Shown piece by piece: positions 48,725-59,812 of a stretch of 64,000 bases of DNA (position 1 is the first letter of the stretch; every line of letters begins with the position of its first letter). The translations under genes and the position numbers were made by a program. Source of the DNA: an uncultured Methanosarcinaceae archaeon (lineage in GTDB: Archaea > Halobacteriota > Methanosarcinia > Methanosarcinales > Methanosarcinaceae); assembly GCA_963733675.1 (NCBI GenBank), contig CAVTET010000005.1, positions 281,908-345,907 on the forward strand. Reading direction: 5' to 3'. Below the pieces are notes generated by a model. The model ran no database searches, was not told where the DNA came from, and worked only from the letters and a program-made list of their open reading frames with translations.

Positions 48725-49305
48725 AGTCGAATACCCCGCAGCTTGCTGCGGGGATGGAAAACTTCCCCGATAACCGTTGTTAAATAATAAATTTATATTT
48801 TTTGCTACATTTGTACTGTAAATGGAACTAAGACGCGTAAACCATTGTGTATATAATATAAGATATCACATGGTTTTTTGTTTGAAGTACCGTAAAAATC
48901 TTTTTTTAGGGACAGAACTTATCAACTTTTTGAAAAACTTATGCTTTGAAATTAGTGAAAGATACTGTTTTGAGTTTGATGCAATTAGTAGTGATGGTGA
49001 TCATGTACATCTTTTTGTTGGAGCTGAACCAAAGTATTCTCCTTCAAAAGTCATGCAAATTATAAAAAGTATTATAGCAAGATAAATCTTTAAACAATAC
49101 CCTGAAATCAAAAAACAGCTTTAGGGTGGTGAACTGTGGAGTGATGGAGGTTACATTGGAACTATAGAAGATGGAACAACTTCAGATGTTATCAAAAACT
49201 ATGTTGAAAATCAGGGAAACAGGGAAGAAAAAGAAGCATATCAGCAAATGAAAATACTCAATTTTTAATAGCCATTACAACCAGAGCGGTGGCGCGACTT
49301 TGATT
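48725..49305 (+). mobile_element. tnpA: IS200/IS605 element; tnpA (48822-49268) carries TAA 49083 and TAG 49122
   Basis: Left hairpin CCCCGCAGCTTGCTGCGGGG (48734-48753); YHMVFCLKYR, DHVHL (HUH), ELWSDGG, NYVENQ. Confidence 0.9.
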
Positions 49306-49309
49306 GATA

Positions 49310-49730
49310 CATTTTTAGAAACACTCACGTCAATAATCACTATCATTTCTGTGGGATAACTATGTAAAAAAGTTTATTAAATACCGACCGGAGCCGGAAC
49401 AGGTGCTTTGGTTGGGAGAACTCTAAAAAGTCCAGAAAGACAGCTGCAGGTTCTTATTGGATGAGATGCTGCTAGTGGAATAGCTGCAGCATTTTGTGCT
49501 CCACTTGCGGGTGTTGTCTTTGTTGTAGAAGTGATTTATGGGGAACTTGAAACCAGTACTTTTATTCCGATAGTAATTTCCTCAGTTTTCGCAACCCTTG
49601 TCTCCAGTACTATTTTCGGTATCAAACCTATTCAGATATCTTCATACATGCAGATAAGTCCCTATAAAAAACTAATGCTCTATCTTGTCCTTGGTCTTTG
49701 TGCGGCGGTCATCTCAACAATGTCAACCTT
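49310..49730 (+). pseudogene. ClC chloride channel internal fragment
   Basis: GAGTG...IG*DAASGIAAAFCAPLAGVVFVVEVI. Confidence 0.75.
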
Positions 49731-49814
49731 CACAATTAGGGAAGTTAATTATTATCATCACCAAAAATGATATATGAAGGTAAGAATTATAGTCTCAAAC
49801 TGCAGAAATATTAC

Positions 49815-49829
49815 TTTTGCAACGGAACC
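49815..49829 (+). mobile_element. Orphan IS6 terminal inverted repeat
   Basis: TTTTGCAACGGAACC, identical to the IS6 right end finishing at 28663. Confidence 0.7.
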
Positions 49830-50182
49830 GATAATATCCAGCTGGCTCATGTATTTCAAAACCTGGTAATAACGAGATAAAGTTAAATAACGAAGAAACT
49901 TCAAGAATTCCCATTCCGGGAAAGAGAAATGCAATAGAATGGATATTTTCAGTGAAAGACGATGGAATTGGAATCGACCCACAATATTCGCAGAAAATCT
50001 TTGAAGTTTTTAAGCAATTGCATAAAAAGGAAGTATATCCTAAAAAAGGTATCTGGCTTGCAATTTGTACGAAAAATGTAGAGGGGCATGGTGGGCATAT
50101 ATGGGTAGAATCTGAACTAGCGAAGGTCCACCTTCTACTTCACTTTGCCAATACTTCCATGATATCAAAAACCAACTTTTGA
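49830..50182 (+). pseudogene. Histidine kinase HATPase C-terminal fragment
   Basis: KDDGIGID...IFEVFKQLH...HGGHIWVES. Confidence 0.75.
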
Positions 50183-50310
50183 TGTATTCTGATTCATTGA
50201 CTATGGTCTTTCATATTTATGTAAGCCGTTTCTTTTTGAAACCTGACTTCCTACTATCACTTTTTGATGAGCTCTAAATACATAGAATAAATTGTTATGA
50301 TGAAAGAGCA

Positions 50311-50402
50311 TAAAGACTTACACACTTAAGGTAGAAAATTAAAGCAAAAAATCATATTATCTAATTAAATTTAATCATGATATAACTTAGTGCGTAAGTC
50401 GA
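50311..50402. repeat. MITE-like element with GACTTACRCACT terminal inverted repeats
   Basis: gacttacacact ... agtgcgtaagtc; single related ends at about 11045, 40324 and 45142. Confidence 0.55.
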
Positions 50403-50460
50403 ATTAAATTATGTCATAGAAATATACTCAAATTCGCTCTTTTGTTTTATTAGAAAGTAC

Positions 50461-50904
50461 TCATCTTATAACGAGTACTGATTTATTGGAATGTTGGACC
50501 ACATTGTCGGCAATCCTTGCATTCAGTAATCCTCTAACCCCGATCATCCCGTGAGTGGCCACAATGATAAGGTCAACGTCATTTTTTTCTGCAAATTCGA
50601 TAATGTCTTCTGAAGGGCTTCCTCGAAGAATTAAAGATTCGACTTCAACGTTTGCAGCTTTTCCAGCATTTTCGACATATATGATTGTTTCTTTACCTTC
50701 TGTTGCGACCTTCTGAGCAAATGCCTTCTCCCAGTCCTCACTTGTATCAAGAGTCATCGAAAAGAATCCCATTGCTATCACGTGTAAAGCATACAGTTTC
50801 GCGCCGGTCATTTTAGCAATTTCAATTGCTGTATTAACAGCTTTTTCTGATGCTTCAGTACCGTCGGTTGCAACCATTATCTTTATGAAAATACCTCTGT
50901 TCAT
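50461..50904 (-). CDS. Universal stress protein
   Basis: IMVATDG, GSPSEDI, DLIIVATHG. Confidence 0.9.
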   Translation of the reverse strand: MNRGIFIKIMVATDGTEASEKAVNTAIEIAKMTGAKLYALHVIAMGFFSMTLDTSEDWEKAFAQKVATEGKETIIYVENAGKAANVEVESLILRGSPSEDIIEFAEKNDVDLIIVATHGMIGVRGLLNARIADNVVQHSNKSVLVIR

Positions 50905-51322
50905 ACTGATTTCTTCTATTCTACATTATTTTACATTATAGTATCTAATTTTATGAACATCTGTTGGAAGAAAAGCAAGATCAACTTCTCATGTTTGGAT
51001 AAAATGTGACATTTCTACTATGAGAAATACTCGGATAAAAATATAGATGAGTTCTATAAAATCATCTTCATCACTAAATTGACTAGGATAACTGAATAAA
51101 ATAGTACTACTTAGATATTTTTTTAAATTTTAAGTACATAGTAGGAGGTAAGTATAAAACAAAATGAAGATAATTACTGAAAATCCGTATAAAATGTATT
51201 CGATTTGCTGTTTTTTTCTGTAAACCTATAAATGTAAGTCAAATGGATGAATTATTGCAGTAATCATTTTGACGTTAATAGATTCCTTAATCGAAGATCA
51301 AAGATAACCATTTGAATAATAA

Positions 51323-52846
51323 TTATATACTAAGTTCTTTCTCAAGTGTTTCAGTAACTGTTTTAAGGATTTTTATTCTTGAATAGTGCTTGTTATTTGA
51401 TTCCACAACAGTCCACTGAGCAGTTATAGTGCTTGTTTTCTGAAGCATCTCATCAACAGCAATTTTATATTCTTTCCATTTGCTCCGATTTCGCCAATCT
51501 TCATCTGTTATTTTCCATTTTTTTTCAGGATCATTCTGCCTGCTTTTGAAACGTTCTAACTGAGTATCCTTATCAACTTGAAGCCAGAATTTGAGAATAA
51601 TTGTTCCTGGCCTTGTAATAATATTCTCAAATTCGTTTATTTCTCTATAAGCGCGTTTCCATTCGTCTTCGCTGCAAAGCCCCTCTACTCTTTCGACCAG
51701 GATCCTTCCGTACCAACTCCTGTCGAAAATTGTTATGTGCCCTGTTTTAGGGATTCCTTCACAAAAACGCCATAGGTAATGATGAGCTTTTTCACTATCA
51801 TTTAGTGGACCCACGGGTACCACCCTGTAGATTCTGGGGTTCAACACTTTAACTAGCCGGTGGATGCCTCCTCCTTTGCCTGCTGCATCCCAGCCTTCAA
51901 ATATTATAACTATAGCACACTTTTTCTTGAAAAGCTCGTACTGTAAGGTTTCAAGCTTCTGTTGGTAAAGCTTTTTGGATTTTTTGTATTCCTTAGAAGA
52001 AATGGTTTGTGAAAGATCGACTTTATCCAAGACAGAGGCACTAAGTTCAGGGAGCTTTGATATTTCTCTATCCAGGTATTTAATTGTCTGCTGCCCTGGA
52101 GTACGGGTCATATTCTCAATATAAGTTTCGATGACTTGAGTTGCAGTGGTGATAATCTTGAGGGTTGCAAAGTTCCTATCATTTGCTTCCACTATAGTCC
52201 AAGGGGCATATGGCGTGTCTGTTTTTTCAAGCACTTTTTCTATAATTGGAAGGTACTCATTATATTCATGAATAAAATCCAGTTTCTTCTCATTTTTCTC
52301 TCCTTTTTTCTTTTCGTATTCATAAAGTATTAGGGGGAAACCCTTTTTCGTGATTTCCTTGAAACGAACTTCTTGCTCTTTTTCACTTATATGGAGGAAA
52401 AACTTTAGTATAAGGTATCTATCATCTGAAAGCTGGCGTTCGAAACAATTTATTTCTTCCAAACATTTCTCAAGTTCTTCGTTGAATTTTGTCTTCCTGA
52501 AATGTTTTATGATTGCCCGGCTGTACCATCCCCTATCAAAAATTGCAATTTTACCTCTTACCGATATAAGAGTCCAAAAGTGTAGGAGGAAAGGTTTTAG
52601 CGCATCTTCGTAGCAGTCAAAAGTCATTGTGTGAAAATCATATCCTCTCGGATCCAAAGGCAGTATGAAACGGTTGATCTCTTCTCCCAGCCCAGATGCA
52701 TGCCAGCCCTCAAAAATAAAAATGATAGGTATCTTCAATTCCCAAGCCTTACGCTGGAGCTCACCCAGCTTAACCTTGGGTATTTTCATACTTTCTTTAT
52801 ATTCATCGTCATTTACTGACAGAAATAGGCCAATACTTTCAAGAAT
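51323..52846 (-). CDS. pap: Polyphosphate:AMP phosphotransferase (tandem PPK2 domains)
   Basis: FEGWHASG and FEGWDAAGKGG, FDRSWYGR; the first ATG is at 52789 but the frame extends to an ATT at 52846 behind GGAGGTG. Confidence 0.88.
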   Translation of the reverse strand: MLESIGLFLSVNDDEYKESMKIPKVKLGELQRKAWELKIPIIFIFEGWHASGLGEEINRFILPLDPRGYDFHTMTFDCYEDALKPFLLHFWTLISVRGKIAIFDRGWYSRAIIKHFRKTKFNEELEKCLEEINCFERQLSDDRYLILKFFLHISEKEQEVRFKEITKKGFPLILYEYEKKKGEKNEKKLDFIHEYNEYLPIIEKVLEKTDTPYAPWTIVEANDRNFATLKIITTATQVIETYIENMTRTPGQQTIKYLDREISKLPELSASVLDKVDLSQTISSKEYKKSKKLYQQKLETLQYELFKKKCAIVIIFEGWDAAGKGGGIHRLVKVLNPRIYRVVPVGPLNDSEKAHHYLWRFCEGIPKTGHITIFDRSWYGRILVERVEGLCSEDEWKRAYREINEFENIITRPGTIILKFWLQVDKDTQLERFKSRQNDPEKKWKITDEDWRNRSKWKEYKIAVDEMLQKTSTITAQWTVVESNNKHYSRIKILKTVTETLEKELSI

Positions 52847-52892
52847 GCTACCACCTCCGTTTATTTTTAAAAACCGTTCTACTTGAATTTCG

Positions 52893-52934
52893 CCCTAAAC
52901 TTATAGATGGTATATCCTAAACTTATAGATGGTA
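52893..52934. repeat. 22-bp tandem duplication upstream of pap
   Basis: cctaaacttatagatggta twice. Confidence 0.7.
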
Positions 52935-53207
52935 CATAAATGATTCATAGAATCAGAAGGTTTCTCAAAATCCTCTTTTAATGACTCGAGGACACAATCA
53001 AAATTTTATATGAAATTAATTTGTGTTGCTTTTTAGGCAAAACCCAATTCTAAATTTTAGAATGTAGGTTGAAATGATAAAAACATCATTAATATCAAAC
53101 TATTTGTTAAGGTTAAAATATTTTATATAAAAATAGTTTTTATTCCGAAACTATTTTTCGTATAATTAATTAAAAATAACTATGCAGGTTATTTTATATT
53201 TTAACTA

Positions 53208-53300
53208 AAGAAAATTTCGATAAATTTCCGATTTCAACAAATTGTTTAAATGGAGTTTATAAACAACCAGCCAATAATTAGGGTTTCTAGAAATCCTCTA
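53208..53300. repeat. About 90-bp MITE-like element (same family as 3555-3646)
   Basis: aagaaaatttcgataaatttccga ... agggtttctagaaatcctct. Confidence 0.45.
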
Positions 53301-53329
53301 AAATTTCGTCAATTATTTGTAGGTCTATT

Positions 53330-53875
53330 TATTCGAGACTCGTGCCTGAATTACATGACTTGTACAGACCACAACCAGAATGGATCTGAATTGTTGGTTG
53401 AAGCCGTAACAAGAGTCCTGAAGAAAAATAATGCATAATTTGTAATTATTGGAGATGGGGGAATGCGTTCTCACTGTGAATATCAAGCTCAGAAGTTTGG
53501 GATTAGTAATTCCTGTAATTTTCTTGGATATGCTCCGGATGATACTGTATTAGACTGGTTTAATTCATGTGATCTTGTGTGTGTACCTAGCAGGAATGAG
53601 CTTTCGGAATTGTTGTGCTTGAAGCTTGGGATGCAAGGAAACCAATAGTTGCAAGTGACGCAGTAGCCCTTGTGGATAACTTCAAAACAGGCGTTGTTGC
53701 TTATACAACTCCCTCTTCTATTGCCTGGGGACTCAATTATGTCCTTGAAGGACTTGACTGTAACAGAATGGGGGAAAACGGGTATGATCTTCTCAAAAAC
53801 AAATACAACTGGGAGACAATAACTGAAAAAACCTTGGAAGTATACGAAAAAGTGATTGAAAAAAAAATCATGTAA
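53330..53875 (+). pseudogene. GT4/glycogen-synthase-like glycosyltransferase C-terminal fragment
   Basis: LLVEA...IIGDGGMR, CVPSRNE(P)FGIVVLEAWDARKPIVASD in broken frames. Confidence 0.75.
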
Positions 53876-54454
53876 TGAAAACAGAAATAAGGACAAACTC
53901 AAATGAAGAAGTTGATGGGAGAAATAAGCCAGTGATAGGTTCTTGAGAAGGTTTTATTCTTTAGGAAATGTATAATGATAAATCTTGACGACTCCACTAA
54001 TAATAAAAAATAATTACTAATATCTATTTGTTTTTTGATTGTGAAAAATTTTATGCGTGAGTATTTTTCGTTTAAAAGCGATTTTTCGTATAATTAATTT
54101 GAAATAATGTAGAACACATTGTACATTGTAGCTTAAAGTGAACAGAAAAAGAGTAAAAGAGTGAGGGGGGAGAGGGAAGATTGATAGGATGTATGAGTAC
54201 GCAGGGTGGCTGTACGAGTATACTGGATAATTGTAGAGAATTTCGATAAATCTCTGATTTTTAACAAATTACCTGCACTCGATTTTGCTACCGATATTTT
54301 AAGTTTTGATCATGGCCAGCGATAGCTTAGAGATTTTTTCAGTGTTTCCACGAGTATTATTCGTTTTGGCCCACCTTGAATCGTTCTTTATTAAGTTTAC
54401 AATTGATAAGAAACCAAAAAAGTAATTATTTCGTGGTAAAAAAGAGGTTATTGT

Positions 54455-55009
54455 ATGATTAATTTTGGAGAAATTGACCTTTTTAGAGCTAATCTTAAAA
54501 GAATTAACCTTGAAAGAACTAATCTTACAGAAACTAATCTGGAAGAAGCTGATCTTAATTGGGCTATACTTACAGGGGCTAACCTTATGGGGACTAAACT
54601 TGAGAAAGCTAATCTTAAAGGAGCTAATCTCCAAGGAGCTGACCTTACAAGAGTTAACCTTGAGGGAGCTAACCTTCAGAGAGCTAATCTAAAAAAAACT
54701 AAACTTCAAGGAGCTATTCTTCAAGAAACTAACCTTGAGGGAGCTATCCTTAAAGAAACTAATCTTCAAGGAACTAAATTGTTTAGGGCTAAACTTGAAG
54801 GAGCTCTCCTTGAAGGAGCTAATCTTAAAGGAGCACTCAATTTATCAATTGAACAGCTATCTAGAGTGAGAACACTTTATAATGCAAAATTTGATGAACA
54901 TTTTTTCATCCAACTAAAAGAGGAGTTTTCGTTTCTTTTTAAATCACTAGAGCAACAGTTTCTAGAATATCAGAGCAACCTATTAGGATCTATCGACAAT
55001 AACCTCTAG
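54455..55009 (+). CDS. Pentapeptide-repeat protein
   Basis: A(N/D)LxG repeats; AGAGG RBS. Confidence 0.85.
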   Translation: MINFGEIDLFRANLKRINLERTNLTETNLEEADLNWAILTGANLMGTKLEKANLKGANLQGADLTRVNLEGANLQRANLKKTKLQGAILQETNLEGAILKETNLQGTKLFRAKLEGALLEGANLKGALNLSIEQLSRVRTLYNAKFDEHFFIQLKEEFSFLFKSLEQQFLEYQSNLLGSIDNNL

Positions 55010-55250
55010 AGAAATTAAGACTATAGAGGATTTCTATAAATACAATTTTTGGCTGGTTTTATATAAAACACATTTGAGCAATATGTTAAAATCTGAACTT
55101 TTTCAGATTCTCTTGAGTGAAATTTTGATAAAATAAACTTCTTTGGTTATTCTGAAAAAAAATTGCGGAAAACAGTATAAATTCACTTACTAAGAAATAA
55201 ATTTGCCAAAATAATCAAATCTAAGCTTAAATTAAAGACGGGGATCTTAT

Positions 55251-55790
55251 ATGGCATTATTCGGGACAAACGGTGTGCGTGGTATCGCCAATGAATATAT
55301 CACTCCAGAACTAGCAGCCAATTTAGCCAGAAGTCTTGATACATACATGGATTCGAAAAGCACGGTTGCTATAGGGTGTGACACTCGAATTTCGGGTCAG
55401 ATGCTGAAATTTGCCGCAATTGCCGGAGCTCTGTCAACAGGCCTCACTGTTGTTGATGTTGGAACTGTTCCCACTCCTGCTATCCAGTACTATGTGCGCG
55501 ACCATGCCGATGTCGGGATAGTTATTACTGCATCCCATAATCCAGACAATACAATGGAATTAAATTCATTGCAGGAGAAGGCTCGGAATTTTCCAGAGAT
55601 GGAGAAAAAGACATAGAGAATATTTATTATTCGGGAAAATATTCTATCGTATCTTGGGAAGAAACCGGTAGCTTTAGCACTTATTCAGTAGTTAATGAAT
55701 ACTACATCAAAAATATTATCAATTCAGTAGATGCCGAAAATATTCGCAACCGCAGATTCAAGGTAGTTGTAGATACAGGCTGTGGAGCAG
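55251..55790 (+). pseudogene. glmM: Phosphoglucosamine mutase/phosphohexomutase 5' part, frameshifted and truncated
   Basis: [32 protein letters not shown]. Confidence 0.85.
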
Positions 55791-55977
55791 GTCTTGATGT
55801 TTTTGATAAATAACCGCTTCCATTAGATAGCCCGCTGATGAGATTTGAAAATGTAGTGCTTACTCCACACATAGCTTTTCTATCGCATGAATCCCTGGAA
55901 GAATGCACAAGTATCTGTGTCCAAAATGTAGAAAAATTCATTGAGGGGAAACCACAGAATGTTATAAACTCTGAATG
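55780..55977 (+). pseudogene. D-2-hydroxyacid dehydrogenase C-terminal fragment fused to the glmM relic
   Basis: [31 protein letters not shown]...GKPQNVIN. Confidence 0.8.
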
Positions 55978-56315
55978 ATTGCAAGTTCCAAATTACCTTA
56001 TAAATCTGAGTGTGAAGATATAAAAGTAGGACTCATGGATTTGGGGTGGAAAATTAAGTACATTCGACATTGTGGATAAAGTTGTCCTGAGATTGGTTGT
56101 GTTAAACCATTGACAGTAATTTTTTATTCATTTAATCTTATATAATTTTATTTAGATTATAAGTCTCATTAATGCCTACATTACAAATGGAACATACTTA
56201 ATCAAAGAATTATACTGTACTGATTAGGAGAAACTTTCCAACTAATGTATGAAATTTTTAGTTTATTGCCATAATTCTTATTCACAACAATACTTTTAAA
56301 GGAGATTTCTGGTAA

Positions 56316-58727
56316 ATGTCTGAGAATAAAAGTAAGTACATCCGCTGGTTTGAAGACACTACAATTGACGATGTTCCACTTGTGGGTGGAAAGAATGCTT
56401 CTCTTGGAGAAATGTATAGGGAGCTTACTTCGAAGGGAATAAAGATCCCTAACGGCTTTGCAATTACTGCAGAAGCTTATTGGCACACCCTCAAAGCCGG
56501 AGAGATTCTCGAAAAGCTCAGAAAAATGATGGGAGGGCTTGATACTGCAAATGTTGCTGACCTTGCAACGAGGGGGAAAATTGCAAGGGATCTGATCCTC
56601 GGAGCAGGAATTCCTGACGATCTATGGGAAGAAATCAAAACTGGATATGATAGCTTATGTGAGCAGTATGGGGACGATACGGATGTAGCTGTACGGAGTT
56701 CGGCAACTGCTGAGGATCTCCCAACTGCTTCTTTTGCTGGCCAACAGGAAACTTACCTAAATATAAGGGGTTATCCAGGTCTTAGGGATGCCTGCTCACG
56801 TTGTTTTGCCTCACTCTTCACTGACAGAGCTATTTCCTACCGCGTAACAAACAACTATGATCATTTCAAAGTAGGACTCTCGATAGGGATTATGAAAATG
56901 GTCAGGTCAGATCTAGCCTCAAGCGGCGTTATTTTCACTCTGGATACGGAAACAGGATTCAGGGAAGTGGTTTTCATTACAGGTGCATACGGACTTGGAG
57001 AAAATATCGTACAGGGCCAGGTTAATCCAGATGAGTTCTATGTCTTCAAGCCGACTTTCAAGGAAGGATATCAGCCGATTATTCAAAAAAAGGTGGGAAA
57101 CAAAGAGATCAAGATGATCTACGGTCGCGGAGACTCCAAAGTGCTCACTCGAAACGTAGAAGTTCCTGAAGCTGAGAAGCTCCGCTTCTGTATTGATGAC
57201 GAAGAAGTGCTTGAACTTACAGGATATGCGATTACTATCGAAGGTCACTACTCCAATAAATATGGAGAACCACGTCCAATGGACATCGAATGGGCAAAGG
57301 ATGGCATAACAGGGGAACTATTCATAGTCCAGGCAAGGCCAGAAACTGTCCAATCTCAGAAAAGCAAAGAAATTCTGGAAACCTATGTACTTGAAAAAAG
57401 ATCTGGAATTCTTGCAAAAGGCAGGAGTGTAGGAGACAAAATTGCTTCCGGAAAGGCTCGTGTGATTCCTGATGTTTCGGATCTGCCCTCTTTTAAACCA
57501 GGAGAAATCCTGATTGCGGACACAACGACTCCAGATTGGGAGCCTGTCATGAAAACTGCAGCTGCAATTGTCACAAACAAAGGAGGCCGGACTTGTCATG
57601 CTGCTATTGTAAGCCGGGAACTTGGAATTCCCGCAGTCGTAGGAGCAGGCAATGCAACCGAGGTGCTCGATACAGGCAGGGAAATTACAGTAAGCTGCGC
57701 GGAAGGAGAGGACGGTATTGTATACGATGGTATTCTTCCTTTCCATAAAGATACTCTGAGTTTAAAAGATCTTAAACGCCCAAAAACCGAGATTATGATG
57801 AATCTTGGAAATCCTGAGGAAGCTTTTGCTTTTTCCATGATCCCCAACGACGGAATTGGGCTTGCGAGGCTAGAATTCATCATTACAAGCTATATCAAAA
57901 TCCATCCAATGGCTCTCGTACACCCTGAAAGGGTCAAAGACCCTAAAGTCCTTCGGGAAATCGAACAACTTACAAGAGGTTATGATAAAGAGGAATATTT
58001 TGTTGAACGTCTTGCCCAAGGAGTTGGAACTATTGTTGCGGCTTTTTATCCGAAACCTGTTGTAGTCCGTATGAGCGATTTCAAAACTAACGAGTATGCC
58101 AGCCTTCTTGGAGGCATCTATTTTGAAATGGTGGAAAATAATCCCATGATAGGTTTCAGGGGGGCTTCTCGTTATTTTGATGATCGTTATAGGGAAGGTT
58201 TTGCCCTTGAGTGCAGGGCTATGAAAAAGGTCCGGGATGAAATGGGGCTTCGAAATCTCATTCTTATGATTCCCTTCTGTAGGACAATTGAAGAGGCACA
58301 GAAAGTGATTGCTGAGATGGAAAAAAACGGACTAAAGAGAGGAGAAAATGGGCTACAAGTCTATGTTATGTGCGAAATTCCAAATAACGTTCTTCTTATC
58401 GACGAATTAAGCGAATTCTTTGATGGTTTTTCCATAGGCTCAAATGACCTGACCCAACTGACCCTCGGCGTTGATAGAGACTCCGAACTTCTTGCCGCAG
58501 AATTCGATGAACGGGATCCTGGGGTTATGAAAATAATGGCAATGGCTGTACAGGGAGCAAAAAGAAATGGAAGGCATAGCGGGATATGCGGACAGGCTCC
58601 AAGTGACTATCCTGAAATTGCGGAGTTTCTTATAAAACTGGGGATCGATTCCATTTCACTAAATCCAGATTCGGTTATGAAAATCACCCTTAAAGTCCTG
58701 GAGACGGAAAATAAACTGGGCAGGTAA
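56316..58727 (+). CDS. ppsA: Phosphoenolpyruvate synthase
   Basis: VGGKNASLGEM, AVRSSATAED, GGRTCHAAI, FSIGSNDLTQ, CGQAPSD. Confidence 0.97.
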   Translation: MSENKSKYIRWFEDTTIDDVPLVGGKNASLGEMYRELTSKGIKIPNGFAITAEAYWHTLKAGEILEKLRKMMGGLDTANVADLATRGKIARDLILGAGIPDDLWEEIKTGYDSLCEQYGDDTDVAVRSSATAEDLPTASFAGQQETYLNIRGYPGLRDACSRCFASLFTDRAISYRVTNNYDHFKVGLSIGIMKMVRSDLASSGVIFTLDTETGFREVVFITGAYGLGENIVQGQVNPDEFYVFKPTFKEGYQPIIQKKVGNKEIKMIYGRGDSKVLTRNVEVPEAEKLRFCIDDEEVLELTGYAITIEGHYSNKYGEPRPMDIEWAKDGITGELFIVQARPETVQSQKSKEILETYVLEKRSGILAKGRSVGDKIASGKARVIPDVSDLPSFKPGEILIADTTTPDWEPVMKTAAAIVTNKGGRTCHAAIVSRELGIPAVVGAGNATEVLDTGREITVSCAEGEDGIVYDGILPFHKDTLSLKDLKRPKTEIMMNLGNPEEAFAFSMIPNDGIGLARLEFIITSYIKIHPMALVHPERVKDPKVLREIEQLTRGYDKEEYFVERLAQGVGTIVAAFYPKPVVVRMSDFKTNEYASLLGGIYFEMVENNPMIGFRGASRYFDDRYREGFALECRAMKKVRDEMGLRNLILMIPFCRTIEEAQKVIAEMEKNGLKRGENGLQVYVMCEIPNNVLLIDELSEFFDGFSIGSNDLTQLTLGVDRDSELLAAEFDERDPGVMKIMAMAVQGAKRNGRHSGICGQAPSDYPEIAEFLIKLGIDSISLNPDSVMKITLKVLETENKLGR

Positions 58728-58891
58728 TTAAAAAGCGGAAAATAACTACTGATTTACGTTGGATAATTCAGAAGGTTTGCTCTTCCTTTCCTCTAAGAGC
58801 CTATCTAAATATCAAGTTTTTCGTATTTACTTAGAGTGTGTCTAAATATCGGCTTTACGATAACGCCTTCAGAAGATAAGTTATAATTCCT

Positions 58892-59812
58892 TCATAAAGA
58901 TAGTTCTAATTCTTTTATGAGTTTTTCGGAATATTCAGGCACAGAACCAGTCTTTGATGCGACGTAGGTTCCGAGAATACTGGCAATTAAAGTGGCTTTT
59001 GAAACTCCGTATCCTGAAAGATATGTATAAAGGAAACCTGCGGAAAAAGCATCACCTGCTCCGACTGTATCCGCTACTTCTATTGGAGTGATTTTGATTT
59101 CCTCGTAGACGCCCTTATTGTAAGCTACAGCTCCTTTAGGTCCCTGTGTTATGCAAATTAAGGATATTTTAGGGTACTCTTCTGTAAGTAGGCGACAGAG
59201 AGCATCACAGGAGTGTACGATGCCAAAAAGAAAGTCAGAAATTGTCGCAGCTTCTTCTTCATTCATTTTGAGAATCGTGCAGTGTTCAAGAGAAGATAAT
59301 ATCCATCTCTTTGTGTAGAAGCCAACTCTCAGATTAACATCGTAGAAGAAATTGTTTGTCTTTATTTCTGAAAGCAGCCTTTTAAGTGTTTTCCTGTTTT
59401 CTTCCGACCTTTGAGCAAGCGTTCCGAAATAGAAGGCATCCCATTCCTTTCCTGCAAGCGCCTTAAATTTTTCTTCATCTAGAGTGATTGCATCCCAGGC
59501 TACCTCTTCATTGATAGTGAATATAGGAATTCCCTCATCTTCCAATTTGACAGTAACAGTTCCAGTTGGTCTTTTTTTATCGACTAAAATGTATGAAGTG
59601 TCAATTCCCATTTTTTCAGTTCTGGTAAGGAGAACTTTACCGAGCTCATCTTTTCCGATTGCTGTTATTACAGTCGGTTTTGCTCCCAATTTTGCAAGGT
59701 GGGCTGCAATGTTAAGGGGAGCACCTCCAAGATGAGCTGAACCTTTAATTATATCAAAAAGAGCCTCTCCGAAAGCGAGAACTTTAATTTGCTTCAACTG
59801 ATCCTTTTTCAC
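58892..59812 (-). CDS. PfkB-family carbohydrate kinase (fructokinase-like)
   Basis: GEALFD, GGAPLN, DVNLR, DTVGAGDAF. Confidence 0.92.
   Translation of the reverse strand: MKKDQLKQIKVLAFGEALFDIIKGSAHLGGAPLNIAAHLAKLGAKPTVITAIGKDELGKVLLTRTEKMGIDTSYILVDKKRPTGTVTVKLEDEGIPIFTINEEVAWDAITLDEEKFKALAGKEWDAFYFGTLAQRSEENRKTLKRLLSEIKTNNFFYDVNLRVGFYTKRWILSSLEHCTILKMNEEEAATISDFLFGIVHSCDALCRLLTEEYPKISLICITQGPKGAVAYNKGVYEEIKITPIEVADTVGAGDAFSAGFLYTYLSGYGVSKATLIASILGTYVASKTGSVPEYSEKLIKELELSL

Noticed and set aside
56919-57883. Multiple overlapping ORFs within ppsA (likewise within GT, ALDH and ATPase genes)
   Set aside because: Antisense or off-frame shadows with no protein-like signal.
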